From a virus (taxonomy: Duplodnaviria > Caudoviricetes), in IMG/VR virus record IMGVR_UViG_3300046467_002171, positions 1 to 55,982 of that record: 55,982 nucleotides of DNA; one strand, given 5' to 3'. Made by a program: the position numbers and the translations under genes. Each line of letters begins with the position of its first letter. The first letter of the stretch is position 1. The notes beneath the pieces were generated by a model, which was not told the origin of the DNA, ran no database searches, and saw nothing but the letters and a program-made list of their open reading frames with translations. Below are positions 38,019 to 47,714 of this stretch, piece after piece.

Positions 38019-39484
38019 ATCAGCCATTCTCGGGCTTTTTCCCCCAGCACCTGACTTGAGATATTGATTTTATCCCGCAGTGCTTGCAGGATTTTTTCAT
38101 CAATGGTGTCGGGAGCAACCAGATCTATATAGGTCACATTTTTTTCTTGACCTATTCTATGGGCGCGGTCTTCCGACTGGAGCCGGATCTCCAAATCATA
38201 ACTGTTGCTGAAGTAGATGACCGTCTGAGCCACAGAGAGCGTTAATCCAAACCCCCCGGTTCTCGGCTGGCCGACAAAAAACCGCAATTCTGAATCTGGG
38301 TCCTGAAACTTTTCGACTATTTCCTGTCGATGCTTCTGTTCTGTTGCGCCAAAATAAGAGGCCGCCGCTTCGTCTCCGAAGCGACGGCGCAGGGCGTTGG
38401 CAATGCGGCCTATGTCGTACGTCCATGAGGCCCATATGATCGCCTTGCCCTGAAGTTCTTCGACAACCGCCATAAGTTCGTCTAGACGATTGTTTTTAAT
38501 CTCTTCTATTTCACCATTGTCCGGTTTCAAAAACCCACAGGTGATTTGTTGCAGTCGCATGATTTGTGTCAGAACGGAGGAAGTGGTTGCCAGCTCTCCT
38601 TGATCGAACTGCGCGAGCGCCAGCTTTTTCATTTGTCGATAGAGGCGTTCTTGCTCTGCGGTTAAAGCAACGTCTCGGCGCATGTAAATTTTTTCGGGTA
38701 GATCTAAACAATCTTTTTTAAGGGTTCTCAGCGAGAACCGATTGAGTTTTTCATTCAGCTCATCAAGCCGTTGGTAACCCACAATTTCCTGAATGCTCCG
38801 AGGGCCAATGTGGCGCTGCTGCATCCGTGCATAACGATTTCGAAACGCATAAAAACTTTTGAAGCCTAAAGCCTTGGGGCTTAAAAACGCGCATTGGCTG
38901 TACAAGTCCATCGGGGATTTTGTAATGGGCGAACCGGTTAAAATGCGCCGGTACTTTGCAAACTGAGCCGCCTTTATGATGTTCTTCGTCCGAAGTGCTT
39001 TGTGATTTTTAATCGTCGTGCTTTCATCCACGACCAACAAATTTTTGGGATTACTTTTTAAGTATTTCAAAAGAGTGCTTGCACCTTTTTTGGTACTCAC
39101 CGCTTCTATGTTCATGACCAAGGTGTGTAGTGTTTCTGCTTTACGTTTTGCGGGATAGAGAATGCCTTGCATCTCCCCAATAAACTTTTTTGTGAGGTTA
39201 TTTTGCCATCGGACCAAATTGTGTGGGATCCGATCTGGCAGGTGCCGGGGGATCTCCGATCTGATCCAGTTGTCGTACACACCTTTTGGAGCCAAAATAA
39301 GAACCGTGTCGATGTGTCCGGCTTCAAAAAGCAACGCCATCGTGTCCACAATAACTTTGCTTTTGCCCGTGCCCATTTCCATGTACAGCGCATAATATTC
39401 TGAAAAACAAGAGTTTTTCAGAGCCGTAGTCTGATGCTCATACGGTTTTGTTTTCCATTGATAGTTGCTCATAGCGGCTAGCAT
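38015..39484 (-). CDS. SNF2-family (SF2) helicase
   Basis: MEMGTGKSK, VVDES, LTGSP, GGFGLTL, QSEDRAHRIGQ; AAGGGGG RBS before ATG 39484. Confidence 0.9.
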   Translation of the reverse strand: MLAAMSNYQWKTKPYEHQTTALKNSCFSEYYALYMEMGTGKSKVIVDTMALLFEAGHIDTVLILAPKGVYDNWIRSEIPRHLPDRIPHNLVRWQNNLTKKFIGEMQGILYPAKRKAETLHTLVMNIEAVSTKKGASTLLKYLKSNPKNLLVVDESTTIKNHKALRTKNIIKAAQFAKYRRILTGSPITKSPMDLYSQCAFLSPKALGFKSFYAFRNRYARMQQRHIGPRSIQEIVGYQRLDELNEKLNRFSLRTLKKDCLDLPEKIYMRRDVALTAEQERLYRQMKKLALAQFDQGELATTSSVLTQIMRLQQITCGFLKPDNGEIEEIKNNRLDELMAVVEELQGKAIIWASWTYDIGRIANALRRRFGDEAAASYFGATEQKHRQEIVEKFQDPDSELRFFVGQPRTGGFGLTLSVAQTVIYFSNSYDLEIRLQSEDRAHRIGQEKNVTYIDLVAPDTIDEKILQALRDKINISSQVLGEKAREWLI

Positions 39485-39494
39485 AGTTTCCCCC

Positions 39495-39523
39495 TTGACT
39501 TGTGCAATGGTATAAGACATTAT
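39495..39523 (+). promoter_or_regulatory. Possible sigma70 promoter for the replication operon
   Basis: TTGACT-17 bp-CATTAT in the divergent intergenic region. Confidence 0.4.
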
Positions 39524-39587
39524 CGGCTGCGTAAAGGGCCAATCACCCTTTCAACCACGAACCACAAACCACGGAACAGGAGAAGCT

Positions 39588-40160
39588 ATGAGCGATTTAA
39601 TCTTCGATATGGAAGCCGATGCCGTCTCTTCCAAACTAAGCAACGTTGACGACACAAACCTAAAAACCGTTGCTGAAGTTGCCAACCGCATAATCGAAAC
39701 AGAAGAAGATATTGAGCAATTGGAGAACTTGCTCAAGCAACGAAAAAAAAGCCTGCTCAAACTAACCGACGAAGATCTTCCGGCCATGCTCACTGAGATG
39801 GGCTTATCGGCATTTGAACTGGAAGATGGATCAAAAATTGCTTTGAAACAAACCTACGGTGCCCACATAAAAGTGGACAACAAAGAAGCCGCTTTCAATT
39901 GGCTTCGCGACCACGAATTCGATGATTTAATCAAAAACACGGTAAGCGTGAACTTCGGACGAAACGAAGATACCAAGGCCCGTGAGTTTGTAACAATCAT
40001 TGAAGGGCAGGGGTTTTCACCTGCTCAAAAAACAGATGTTCACCCTTCAACACTCAAAGCCTTTGTCAAAGAGCGTATTGAACAGGGTGAAGAAATCCCG
40101 ATGGAACTGTTCGGCGTCTTCGTTGGACAGCGGGCAACAATCAAGAGAGGAACCAAGTAA
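39588..40160 (+). CDS. Conserved phage replication-module protein
   Basis: AGGAG RBS; coiled coil, AFNWLRDH...IKN, VHPSTLKAFVKE. Confidence 0.75.
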   Translation: MSDLIFDMEADAVSSKLSNVDDTNLKTVAEVANRIIETEEDIEQLENLLKQRKKSLLKLTDEDLPAMLTEMGLSAFELEDGSKIALKQTYGAHIKVDNKEAAFNWLRDHEFDDLIKNTVSVNFGRNEDTKAREFVTIIEGQGFSPAQKTDVHPSTLKAFVKERIEQGEEIPMELFGVFVGQRATIKRGTK

Positions 40161-40954
40161 TGGCGACGAAAATGACCACAAAAAAAGTGAATAAAGAGCT
40201 GACTGCTGGGCTAGATACCTCCCTGTTAGAATTGGACGCGGGGGTGGGTAACGAAGAGGTGGGACAGGAAGATCTCGCACTTCCTTTCCTGAAACTGCTA
40301 CAGGCCAGCAGCCAGAAAAGCATCAAGCAGTTGAAGGCGCTAGGTATTAACGCCTCGCCGGGGGATGTTTGGAACAGCGTGACCAATGAGCTTTACACGG
40401 ACAGAAAACTTCGTGTTATTCCCGCTGCCTATCAGCGTCGGTTCATTGAGTGGACCCCGCGTGGCGACGGAAATAACGCTCCGGTATCCATCTATACGCC
40501 GGACGAAAAACGCCCGGAAACCACCAGAAGTCCTGAAGACAACAAGGATTATACGGAAAGCGGGTCATACCTGGAGGACACACATCACCATTATTTGCTG
40601 GTGCTGAACGACAAGGGTCCTTCCACGGTTGCGTTGCTGGCGATGAAAAGTACGGCCTTAAAAAAGTCTCGAAAATGGAACAGCATGATCGCTTCGCGGG
40701 TAATGACCAACGACGCGGGAAAGATTTTTAGCCCACCCCGTTTTGCTTACATTTACACGTTGCAGGTCATCGAAGATGGCAACGATGAGGGCGACTGGTT
40801 CAATTGGGACGTGACCTTGGAAGGACCCGTAGAAAACGCGGACCACTATCAGGAGGCCCGTCAATTTGCCCACAGCATCAAAACCGGGACGGTCACTGTT
40901 AAGCATCAGCAGGAAGAGGGTGGTACAGAAATAGATGAAGATGTGCCTTTCTGA
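40160..40954 (+). CDS. Putative single-stranded DNA-binding protein
   Basis: DLALPFLKLLQ, MKSTALKKSRKWNS; acidic tail ending DEDVPF. Confidence 0.6.
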   Translation: MATKMTTKKVNKELTAGLDTSLLELDAGVGNEEVGQEDLALPFLKLLQASSQKSIKQLKALGINASPGDVWNSVTNELYTDRKLRVIPAAYQRRFIEWTPRGDGNNAPVSIYTPDEKRPETTRSPEDNKDYTESGSYLEDTHHHYLLVLNDKGPSTVALLAMKSTALKKSRKWNSMIASRVMTNDAGKIFSPPRFAYIYTLQVIEDGNDEGDWFNWDVTLEGPVENADHYQEARQFAHSIKTGTVTVKHQQEEGGTEIDEDVPF

Positions 40955-41014
40955 TCGAAGATAATTAAAACAAAGGGCGGCGCATGGCGCGCCGCCTCGA
41001 TCAGGGGGAGTTTC

Positions 41015-42553
41015 ATGTCTGATGCAGAAAAATTTGCAGGTATTTTCGACGGCCTGAAACAGGCGTACGGAACCTACAACATACAACGAAAAAACGCGAA
41101 CGGAAAAAATCTAGGTAAAGCCAACCTAGTTCGCGAACCACGCACCACGGCTCTGTGGGAAAAGCACCTGAGCGGCGAAGGGGTTTCTGTTGGGGTCATT
41201 CCCATAAATGAAACGAACGAATGCCGCTGGGGCTGCTTGGATATTGATGAATATCCGCTCAACCACACCGCGCTTGTCAATAAAATCCGCGAAGCCAAAT
41301 TACCGCTTGTCGTGTGTAGGAGTAAATCCGGCGGTGCACATTGCTTCCTGTTCTGCACAGATTGGATTGCTGCAAAGGATATGCAGGAGGTTTTGCAGAA
41401 TTTAGGGGCTGGGCTGGGCTACGGCACGTGTGAGGTGTTTCCTAAACAGATCCAACTGAATCTGGACAGGGGGGATGTAGGGAATTTTCTTAACATTCCT
41501 TACTATGATGCCGCCGAGGGGTTGCGATACGCTATTCACGACGATGGCTACGCTGCCACGCTTTCTGAGTTTTTTGAACTGCACGAAAAGTATGCTCAGA
41601 CACCCGAGCAGTTGCTGTCCCTGACTATGGAAGCCACTGACGGTACGCCCGTGCCCGACGGCCCTCCCTGTTTACAGCATCTGTGTTCTCAAAAAATTTC
41701 CGAGGGGTCCCGAAACAACGGGCTTTTTAATATAGGCGTTTTCCTGCGAAAAGCCTTCCCAGACTCGTGGGAAACGGAGATTTTGAATTACAACGCGAAC
41801 TACCTCGTCCCTCCATTGCCCCTCTCGGAAGTCAACGTCGTCGCCAAGCAGTTGCAAAAAAAGGACTACACTTACAAGTGCAAAGACAGCCCCATAAACG
41901 CTTTCTGCAATGCCGACCTATGCCGCACCCGCAAGCACGGCGTAGACGCCACGGCCACCGGAACACTTATCGCCAACCTGCGAAAATACAACAGCCAGCC
42001 TCCTGTTTGGTTTGTGGACGTGAACGGACAGCCGCTGGAAATGGACACGGAAGGTCTGATGAACCAGCCAACCTTCCAGCGAGCCTGCGTCGAACAATTG
42101 AATTTCATGCCACGTACGCAAACCAAACAAGTGTGGGAAGGACGCCTTAACCACTTGTTGACGGACATGACGCAAACCGAGGGCAACGTACTGGAAGTGA
42201 GTCAAGATGCCAGCATAGCCGGGCAGTTTTATGATTTCCTCGAAGAATGGTGCACAAGCAAACAACGAGCTAGTGAGCGGGAGGAAATACTTCTACGACG
42301 CCCTTACACGGATGAGGAAGACGGCATCACATACTTCCGACTAAAAGATTTTGACGCTTTCCTGCGAAAGAACCGATTCTTTGATTTCAAACCACACAAG
42401 ATGGCGCAGCGCTTACGGGACATAAACGGAAAATCTATCCTCCTCAAAGTCCGTGGTAAGCCTGTCCGCGTGTGGTCTATCCCGGCCCACGAGCAGCACT
42501 CCGTCGAAGTGCCTACCCCAGATTTCGGGGAAACTAAGGACGCACCGTTTTAA
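41015..42553 (+). CDS. Archaeo-eukaryotic-type primase with PriCT-like domain
   Basis: WGCLDID, RSKSGGAH, GPPCL, GSRNNGLFNIG. Confidence 0.8.
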   Translation: MSDAEKFAGIFDGLKQAYGTYNIQRKNANGKNLGKANLVREPRTTALWEKHLSGEGVSVGVIPINETNECRWGCLDIDEYPLNHTALVNKIREAKLPLVVCRSKSGGAHCFLFCTDWIAAKDMQEVLQNLGAGLGYGTCEVFPKQIQLNLDRGDVGNFLNIPYYDAAEGLRYAIHDDGYAATLSEFFELHEKYAQTPEQLLSLTMEATDGTPVPDGPPCLQHLCSQKISEGSRNNGLFNIGVFLRKAFPDSWETEILNYNANYLVPPLPLSEVNVVAKQLQKKDYTYKCKDSPINAFCNADLCRTRKHGVDATATGTLIANLRKYNSQPPVWFVDVNGQPLEMDTEGLMNQPTFQRACVEQLNFMPRTQTKQVWEGRLNHLLTDMTQTEGNVLEVSQDASIAGQFYDFLEEWCTSKQRASEREEILLRRPYTDEEDGITYFRLKDFDAFLRKNRFFDFKPHKMAQRLRDINGKSILLKVRGKPVRVWSIPAHEQHSVEVPTPDFGETKDAPF

Positions 42554-42579
42554 TGTTCCCCGAGAGAGGTATATAACGA

Positions 42580-43764
42580 ATGCTTAAACAAATGCGGGAA
42601 ATATGGAACTGGTTTGTCGTGCTAATACGGCGGCCAAAGACTAAGCCCCGCATGAAGGCACGTCGAATGTCGAAGCCGGTTGGCCGTGTCGGAACTTATA
42701 AAACATTGTCTGGATTGCTGGAGAATATAGACATAGTTCAAGAACGTCTTTTATGTAAGACCCTCTACAGTGAAACGCATCGGAAAACACGAAAAGCGTT
42801 GAGGAATATCGGCCCCTATATCCCCCACGTCGGATCGAAAACGCACACTTCGAAGGTTCTGGATACCACGAAGTTGAGTTCGATCATGTTTGTTGCGCTA
42901 TCAAGAAAAAATAGCGAAAGAGAAAAGGTAAAATTTAAAGGCTCCGTGGAACTTGAGGATTCTTGCCCCAGCGAATTTATTTACGCCGTCAAAGCACCAA
43001 AACACTTAGGGTTCGACTTGACAAAACCCAGACATAAGTCGTTGGCGGTGTACGAGTGCGGAATAGCCTTTCGGGACATATCAGACGACAAACTTGCTTG
43101 GATTTCTTTTTATTCCTCCGTAAACAAGGCCGGGGAAGTGGAGATTCTGCGGCAGAGAATGCCTAAACAATTTTCTTTTCCAAAAAAATCGGGGCGCTGC
43201 GGTCAAGATAGTGGTGGTTACACACAAATGAACCATTGGGGCCATTCAACGATGGACAAGGAACCCATTCAAGATTGTTGGGAATCCGTTGAAGCCTTTT
43301 TGCGATGTATTTTTTGCAGTGCACTAAATTTTTGGAGGTTTAAAGATCAGCAGTGGTCGGTGTCCATCCGAAAACAAGGTTATCGCGTCACATTTAGTGT
43401 GCCCATGAAAGAAACGAAATACTATTTTAAAGACCGGGAAAAGACGGCCCTGACGCCAACCGGTAAAAAGAAAACAATTATTCACTATGTGCGGGAGCAT
43501 CAGCGTCATGTAAACAATAAAATAACTACCGTGAAAGAACATTTGCGAGGGATACGAGAATTCCAATGGAATGACTGCCTGTGTTGCGTCACGGCACCTA
43601 CTTTTCACCAGTTTTCATCGCAAAATTTCGTGGCAACACCTAGCGATTTTGATGACAGCAGCGAACCCTACGTTGAAATTGATGATATGGCGAAGATGCT
43701 GGCTAATCTTGAAGACTCTCAAGAAACCGCTTCAGCGAACGAATGTTTGGATAACCCGGCTTAA
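42580..43764 (+). CDS. Hypothetical protein inserted between primase and helicase
   Basis: GAGG RBS; C-terminal HYVREHQR...VKEHLRG. Confidence 0.7.
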   Translation: MLKQMREIWNWFVVLIRRPKTKPRMKARRMSKPVGRVGTYKTLSGLLENIDIVQERLLCKTLYSETHRKTRKALRNIGPYIPHVGSKTHTSKVLDTTKLSSIMFVALSRKNSEREKVKFKGSVELEDSCPSEFIYAVKAPKHLGFDLTKPRHKSLAVYECGIAFRDISDDKLAWISFYSSVNKAGEVEILRQRMPKQFSFPKKSGRCGQDSGGYTQMNHWGHSTMDKEPIQDCWESVEAFLRCIFCSALNFWRFKDQQWSVSIRKQGYRVTFSVPMKETKYYFKDREKTALTPTGKKKTIIHYVREHQRHVNNKITTVKEHLRGIREFQWNDCLCCVTAPTFHQFSSQNFVATPSDFDDSSEPYVEIDDMAKMLANLEDSQETASANECLDNPA

Positions 43765-43765
43765 A

Positions 43766-45274
43766 ATGTTTCGGATCTTCGGACCCCCCGGTACAGGGAA
43801 AACTACGACGCTGTTAAATCTGGTTGACCAAGCTCTGGCCGATCAAGTGCCTCCTAACCAGATCGCATTCCTCTCGTTCACAAAAAAAGCCGCCACGGAA
43901 GCGCGGGACCGCGCCGCCAAGCGTTTTAACTTGGATGCTGAGCATGACTTAGTCTATTTTCGCACCCTACACAGCTTGTCCTATCGCCTGTTGGGTTTGC
44001 GCAACGACCAACAAATGAAAACGGAGCACTTCCACGAGCTTTCAAACCACCTTGGGATCCAGTTGGTGAGGTCTAAAAAGGATCCCTTTGCTGGCGATGG
44101 GACGACAATTTCCTCCTCTGACCACCCCATTTTAAGCCTCATCAATCTGGCGCGATTGAGAAAAATTTCCATTCGCGAGCAGTACAACCAATCCAACATA
44201 GATAACGTCTGGGAAGAAGTGTCGTACGTGGACCGCGCCTATCAAAAATATAAAGAAGCAAACGGCTTGCTGGACTACACCGACACCCTCGTGATGTTTG
44301 CGGAAAATATGGCAGACCACTGCCCACGGTTCAAGGTGTGCTTTCTGGACGAAGCGCAAGACTTGAGTCCCCTGCAATGGGACATTGCCCACGGTTTGGA
44401 TGAACACAGCGAAAAAATGTATTGCGCTGGCGACGACGACCAAGCGATCTACCGCTGGGCGGGAGCCGACATAAATCAATTCATACACCTGCCCGGCGGC
44501 TCCGAAACCTTGGAACAATCGTATCGGATCCCACAAAGCGTCCATACCGTTGCCGATAAAATTGTGGCACGAATCACAGATCGGTATCCCAAGCAATATC
44601 GGCCCCGGCAGGAAAAGGGCACCGTCGAACGGATCTACGATCTGTCTGAAGCAGACTTGTCCCACGGCTCATGGCTCATCCTTACCCAAGCTAACTACAT
44701 GCTTGACCCGCTGGACACCACACTGCGCTCAATGGGCTACTTGTTTGAACGACCCCGCCAGCGGTCTATTTCTGAAAAATTGTCGGAAGCGGTGAATGGA
44801 TGGGAAGCCTTGCGGAAAGGAAACGAAGTCTCACTGCACACGGCCCAGTGTGTCTACGGATATATGACAGGAAATGGGGTGCGCGTCACACGTGGGCACA
44901 AAAAAATCCTCGAAGATGAAACCGCCATGTTCACGTTGGAAAAACTTCAAAAACAGCACGGCTTGTTGGCTAGCGAAGATCAAATCTGGCACGAAGCAAT
45001 GGACAAACTGCCAGATGCAGATCGTGCGTACATCGTGGCCCTGTTGCGGCGCGGAGAAAAGTTCAACGCCCAGCCGCGTATCCGCTTATCCACCATTCAC
45101 CAAGCGAAGGGCGGCGAAGCGGATAACGTCGTTTTGTTTTCCGATTTAGCGCCCGCAGCGGCACGAGATTTTAATAATGACACACACCGCGTTTTTTACG
45201 TGGGGGTAACACGTACGCGACAAAACTTATATATTGTGGAACCGGAAAACCTGCATTTGAGCTATCTTTTATGA
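43766..45274 (+). CDS. UvrD/Rep-like SF1 helicase
   Basis: GPPGTGKTT, SFTKKAA, LDEAQD, GDDDQAIY, STIHQAKGGEAD, YVGVTR. Confidence 0.9.
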   Translation: MFRIFGPPGTGKTTTLLNLVDQALADQVPPNQIAFLSFTKKAATEARDRAAKRFNLDAEHDLVYFRTLHSLSYRLLGLRNDQQMKTEHFHELSNHLGIQLVRSKKDPFAGDGTTISSSDHPILSLINLARLRKISIREQYNQSNIDNVWEEVSYVDRAYQKYKEANGLLDYTDTLVMFAENMADHCPRFKVCFLDEAQDLSPLQWDIAHGLDEHSEKMYCAGDDDQAIYRWAGADINQFIHLPGGSETLEQSYRIPQSVHTVADKIVARITDRYPKQYRPRQEKGTVERIYDLSEADLSHGSWLILTQANYMLDPLDTTLRSMGYLFERPRQRSISEKLSEAVNGWEALRKGNEVSLHTAQCVYGYMTGNGVRVTRGHKKILEDETAMFTLEKLQKQHGLLASEDQIWHEAMDKLPDADRAYIVALLRRGEKFNAQPRIRLSTIHQAKGGEADNVVLFSDLAPAAARDFNNDTHRVFYVGVTRTRQNLYIVEPENLHLSYLL

Positions 45275-47175
45275 AACCTATCACCAAACTTCAAATGACA
45301 ATGTTTCCCCCTAAAAGCGAGTGGGTGCCCCCGAGTGAGCTTCCAGATCTCACGTCAGCATCCGAAATTGCTATCGACCTGGAAACAAAAGACCCTGGCT
45401 TGAAAACGCACGGCCCCGGCTGGCCCACCGGCAACGGGGAAGTAGTGGGCTATGCCATAGCCACCGCTTCGTGGAACGGATACGTGCCGATCCGCCACGT
45501 GGGCGGCGGCAATCTGGATGAGCGCATCGTGCACCGCTGGATTAAAAAAATCTGCGAATGCCCTGCGGATAAAATTTTTCACAACGCCGCATATGACGTG
45601 GGCTTTTTGAAACACGAGGGCTTCACAGTGAAGGGCAAGCTCATCGACACGATGATCACCGCCAGCTTGCTCGATGAAAACCGCTTTTCCTATTCGCTGA
45701 ACGCACTGGCCTATGACTACCTGTCCCAAACTAAAAGCGAACGCCTGCTCACCGAAGCCGCACAGGAATTTGGCCTAGACCCAAAAGCAGAGTTGTATCT
45801 GCTTCCCGCCATGTATGTCGGTCCCTACGGCGAGGCCGATGCACGATTGACCCTCGATCTCTGGCACTGTTTCAAACTTGAACTGAGGAAGCAGGATTTG
45901 TCCGCTATCTGGGAATTGGAAATGGCGTTGCTGCCGGGCCTGATCGAAATGACGTGGAAAGGTATTCGCGTCGATCTTGACCGCGCTGAACGGACCAAAC
46001 AGGAACTCATCAAACAGGAAAAGGCCGCGCTCCGAAAGATCAAACAACTTGCCGGGAAAGATGTCGAAATCTGGGCCGCGCAATCAGTCGCTTCGGCCTT
46101 TGAAAAGGTGGGCCTGTCCTACCCAAAAACGGAACAGGGGGCACCGTCTTTCACACGCGGCTTTCTGTCAGAACACTCTCACGAATTACCCGTTCTTATC
46201 ATGCAAGCGCGGGAATTGAATAAAACGCATTCGGCCTTCGTCGGCAACATTCTTAAATATGTGGGGAAAGATGGCCGCATTCACGCGCATATCAATCAAA
46301 ATCGCAGCGATTCCGGCGGAACGGTGTCCGGTCGCCTAAGCTATCAGAACCCGAACATTCAGCAGTTGCCTGCACGGAACCCGACACTCGGCCCCATGAT
46401 CAGAAGCCTGTTCCTGCCCGAGGAAGGGCAACAGTGGGCGGCGATCGACTACTCGCAACAGGAACCACGGATCTTGGTGCACTACGCCAAGGCCTACGGC
46501 GATTCAAAAAATACGGAATTGAAGGGCTTGTCCGAATTTCTGGAAGGCTATACCAACGATCCAAAAATGGACTTCCACAGCCTCGTCGCCGAAATGGCTG
46601 AAATCCCACGAAAGCAAGCAAAGCTCATTAATCTTGCCATGATGTACGGAATGGGCGTCAACAAGCTGGCGGAACAACTCGACATTGACAAAGCCGAAGC
46701 CAAGACCCTCACCGACCGCTACCACGAGCGCGTACCGTTCGTTCGCCAGTTGATGCAGGGGGTAAGCCGCCGATTGAACGACCCACGCTCCAGCGGCTCT
46801 ATACGCAGCCTACGTGGACGAAAATGCCGCTTCGACCTGTGGGAGCCAGACTCGTTTGAGATGCACAAGGCTCTGCCGCGAGAAGAAGCCATAGCCGAAT
46901 ACGGCGGAACAACGCGACTCGTTCGCGCATACACCTACAAGAGCCTCAATAGATTGATCCAAGCCAGCGCTGCGGACATGTGCAAGCAGAGCATGGTTGA
47001 TTTGTTTCAGATCGGTGTGGTGCCTCTTGTTCAGATCCACGACGAACTGTGTTTTTCGGTTGAGAACCGGGAGGAGGCGGAAAAATACGCGGAAATTATG
47101 GAAAACGCGGTGCCCTTGGAAATTCCCAACCGCTGCGATATTGAAATCGGCCCCAGTTGGGGCGAAGCCTCTTGA
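45271..47175 (+). CDS. polA: Family A DNA polymerase with 3'-5' exonuclease
   Basis: IDLET exo I; GRLS..NPNIQQLP; DYSQQEPR; AKLINLAMMYG; QIHDEL. Confidence 0.95.
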   Translation: MKPITKLQMTMFPPKSEWVPPSELPDLTSASEIAIDLETKDPGLKTHGPGWPTGNGEVVGYAIATASWNGYVPIRHVGGGNLDERIVHRWIKKICECPADKIFHNAAYDVGFLKHEGFTVKGKLIDTMITASLLDENRFSYSLNALAYDYLSQTKSERLLTEAAQEFGLDPKAELYLLPAMYVGPYGEADARLTLDLWHCFKLELRKQDLSAIWELEMALLPGLIEMTWKGIRVDLDRAERTKQELIKQEKAALRKIKQLAGKDVEIWAAQSVASAFEKVGLSYPKTEQGAPSFTRGFLSEHSHELPVLIMQARELNKTHSAFVGNILKYVGKDGRIHAHINQNRSDSGGTVSGRLSYQNPNIQQLPARNPTLGPMIRSLFLPEEGQQWAAIDYSQQEPRILVHYAKAYGDSKNTELKGLSEFLEGYTNDPKMDFHSLVAEMAEIPRKQAKLINLAMMYGMGVNKLAEQLDIDKAEAKTLTDRYHERVPFVRQLMQGVSRRLNDPRSSGSIRSLRGRKCRFDLWEPDSFEMHKALPREEAIAEYGGTTRLVRAYTYKSLNRLIQASAADMCKQSMVDLFQIGVVPLVQIHDELCFSVENREEAEKYAEIMENAVPLEIPNRCDIEIGPSWGEAS

Positions 47176-47235
47176 TTTTATTGGAGAATCCTATACAATC
47201 CCATCACTTCACTAGCCCAATCGGAGAACCTAAGA

Positions 47236-47439
47236 ATGGACACGACGAAATGGAAGTCGGTGCTTGTCACCCGCCCCATGTACGAGGAAATTTCCGCCGT
47301 CGCTCGCATCGAAGCTCGATCAATATCGGGGCAGTTGCGACTTTCTTGGGAAGCGTGGAAGCGGGAAAATCTGTCGAAAAAAGACCAGAAGTTTTTGAAG
47401 GAGGAAATTGTCGCTCGGCGGGACGCAGAGAGCGCCTAG
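47236..47439 (+). CDS. Small putative ribbon-helix-helix transcription regulator
   Basis: WKSVLV strand followed by two helices (YEEISAVARIEARSISGQL); GGAG RBS; TTGATT-16-TACAAT upstream. Confidence 0.55.
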   Translation: MDTTKWKSVLVTRPMYEEISAVARIEARSISGQLRLSWEAWKRENLSKKDQKFLKEEIVARRDAESA

Positions 47440-47451
47440 CGTTTCACGTGA

Positions 47452-47506
47452 AGGCAAGCCGAGATAGAACCGGCGCGTCAGCGGACTCGGCTTTAACCGC
47501 TCGCGC
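47452..47506. repeat. 55-bp pseudoknot-forming element, copy B
   Basis: 49/55 identical to 8191-8245, with a compensatory G-C/A-T change. Confidence 0.85.
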
Positions 47507-47639
47507 CACTTTGTATAATGCCGTAAAGGGAAACGGCGAACACCGACCCAGAAGCTATCCACATGTAAATTTTTCCCCAAACTTTTCTGCTTCGATAGCG
47601 CTCGTTCGATTTCCGCTGATCCTGCATGATATACTCCAT
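47493..47639 (-). CDS. 48-aa single-TM peptide (MEYIMQDQRKSNERYRSRKVWGKIYMWIASGSVFAVSLYGIIQSGASG), missing from the ORF track
   Basis: AAGGA RBS 6 nt before ATG; basic segment then hydrophobic helix. Confidence 0.5.
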   Translation of the reverse strand: MEYIMQDQRKSNERYRSRKVWGKIYMWIASGSVFAVSLYGIIQSGASG

Positions 47640-47714
47640 TTTATTTCCTTTGCTTGTTTATCTATGGGACAATGTAAGATACGCTGAAGCCTAAGTCAAA
47701 AGGAAACAAAAATT

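Noticed and set aside
43571-43765. N-terminal extensions in the ORF track (also 988, 20996, 24023, 26378, 47759, 54448)
   Set aside because: They overlap upstream genes or lack an RBS; downstream ATGs have an RBS or translational coupling
3255-46934. Numerous short antisense or alternate-frame ORFs within long genes
   Set aside because: Shadow ORFs with no RBS or recognisable motifs
1757-47175. Inteins or introns in TerL, the helicases or PolA
   Set aside because: Lengths are ordinary, motifs are contiguous, and no splice-junction signatures were seen
47440-47520. tRNA or known ribozyme on the minus strand
   Set aside because: T-loop-like hairpin present, but no acceptor or anticodon arms; helix order does not fit HDV-like or hammerhead topology
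47157-47687. 176-aa ORF sharing RDRTGASA with the large protein
   Set aside because: Overlaps polA and the better-supported RHH gene; the similarity is explained by the 55-bp DNA element
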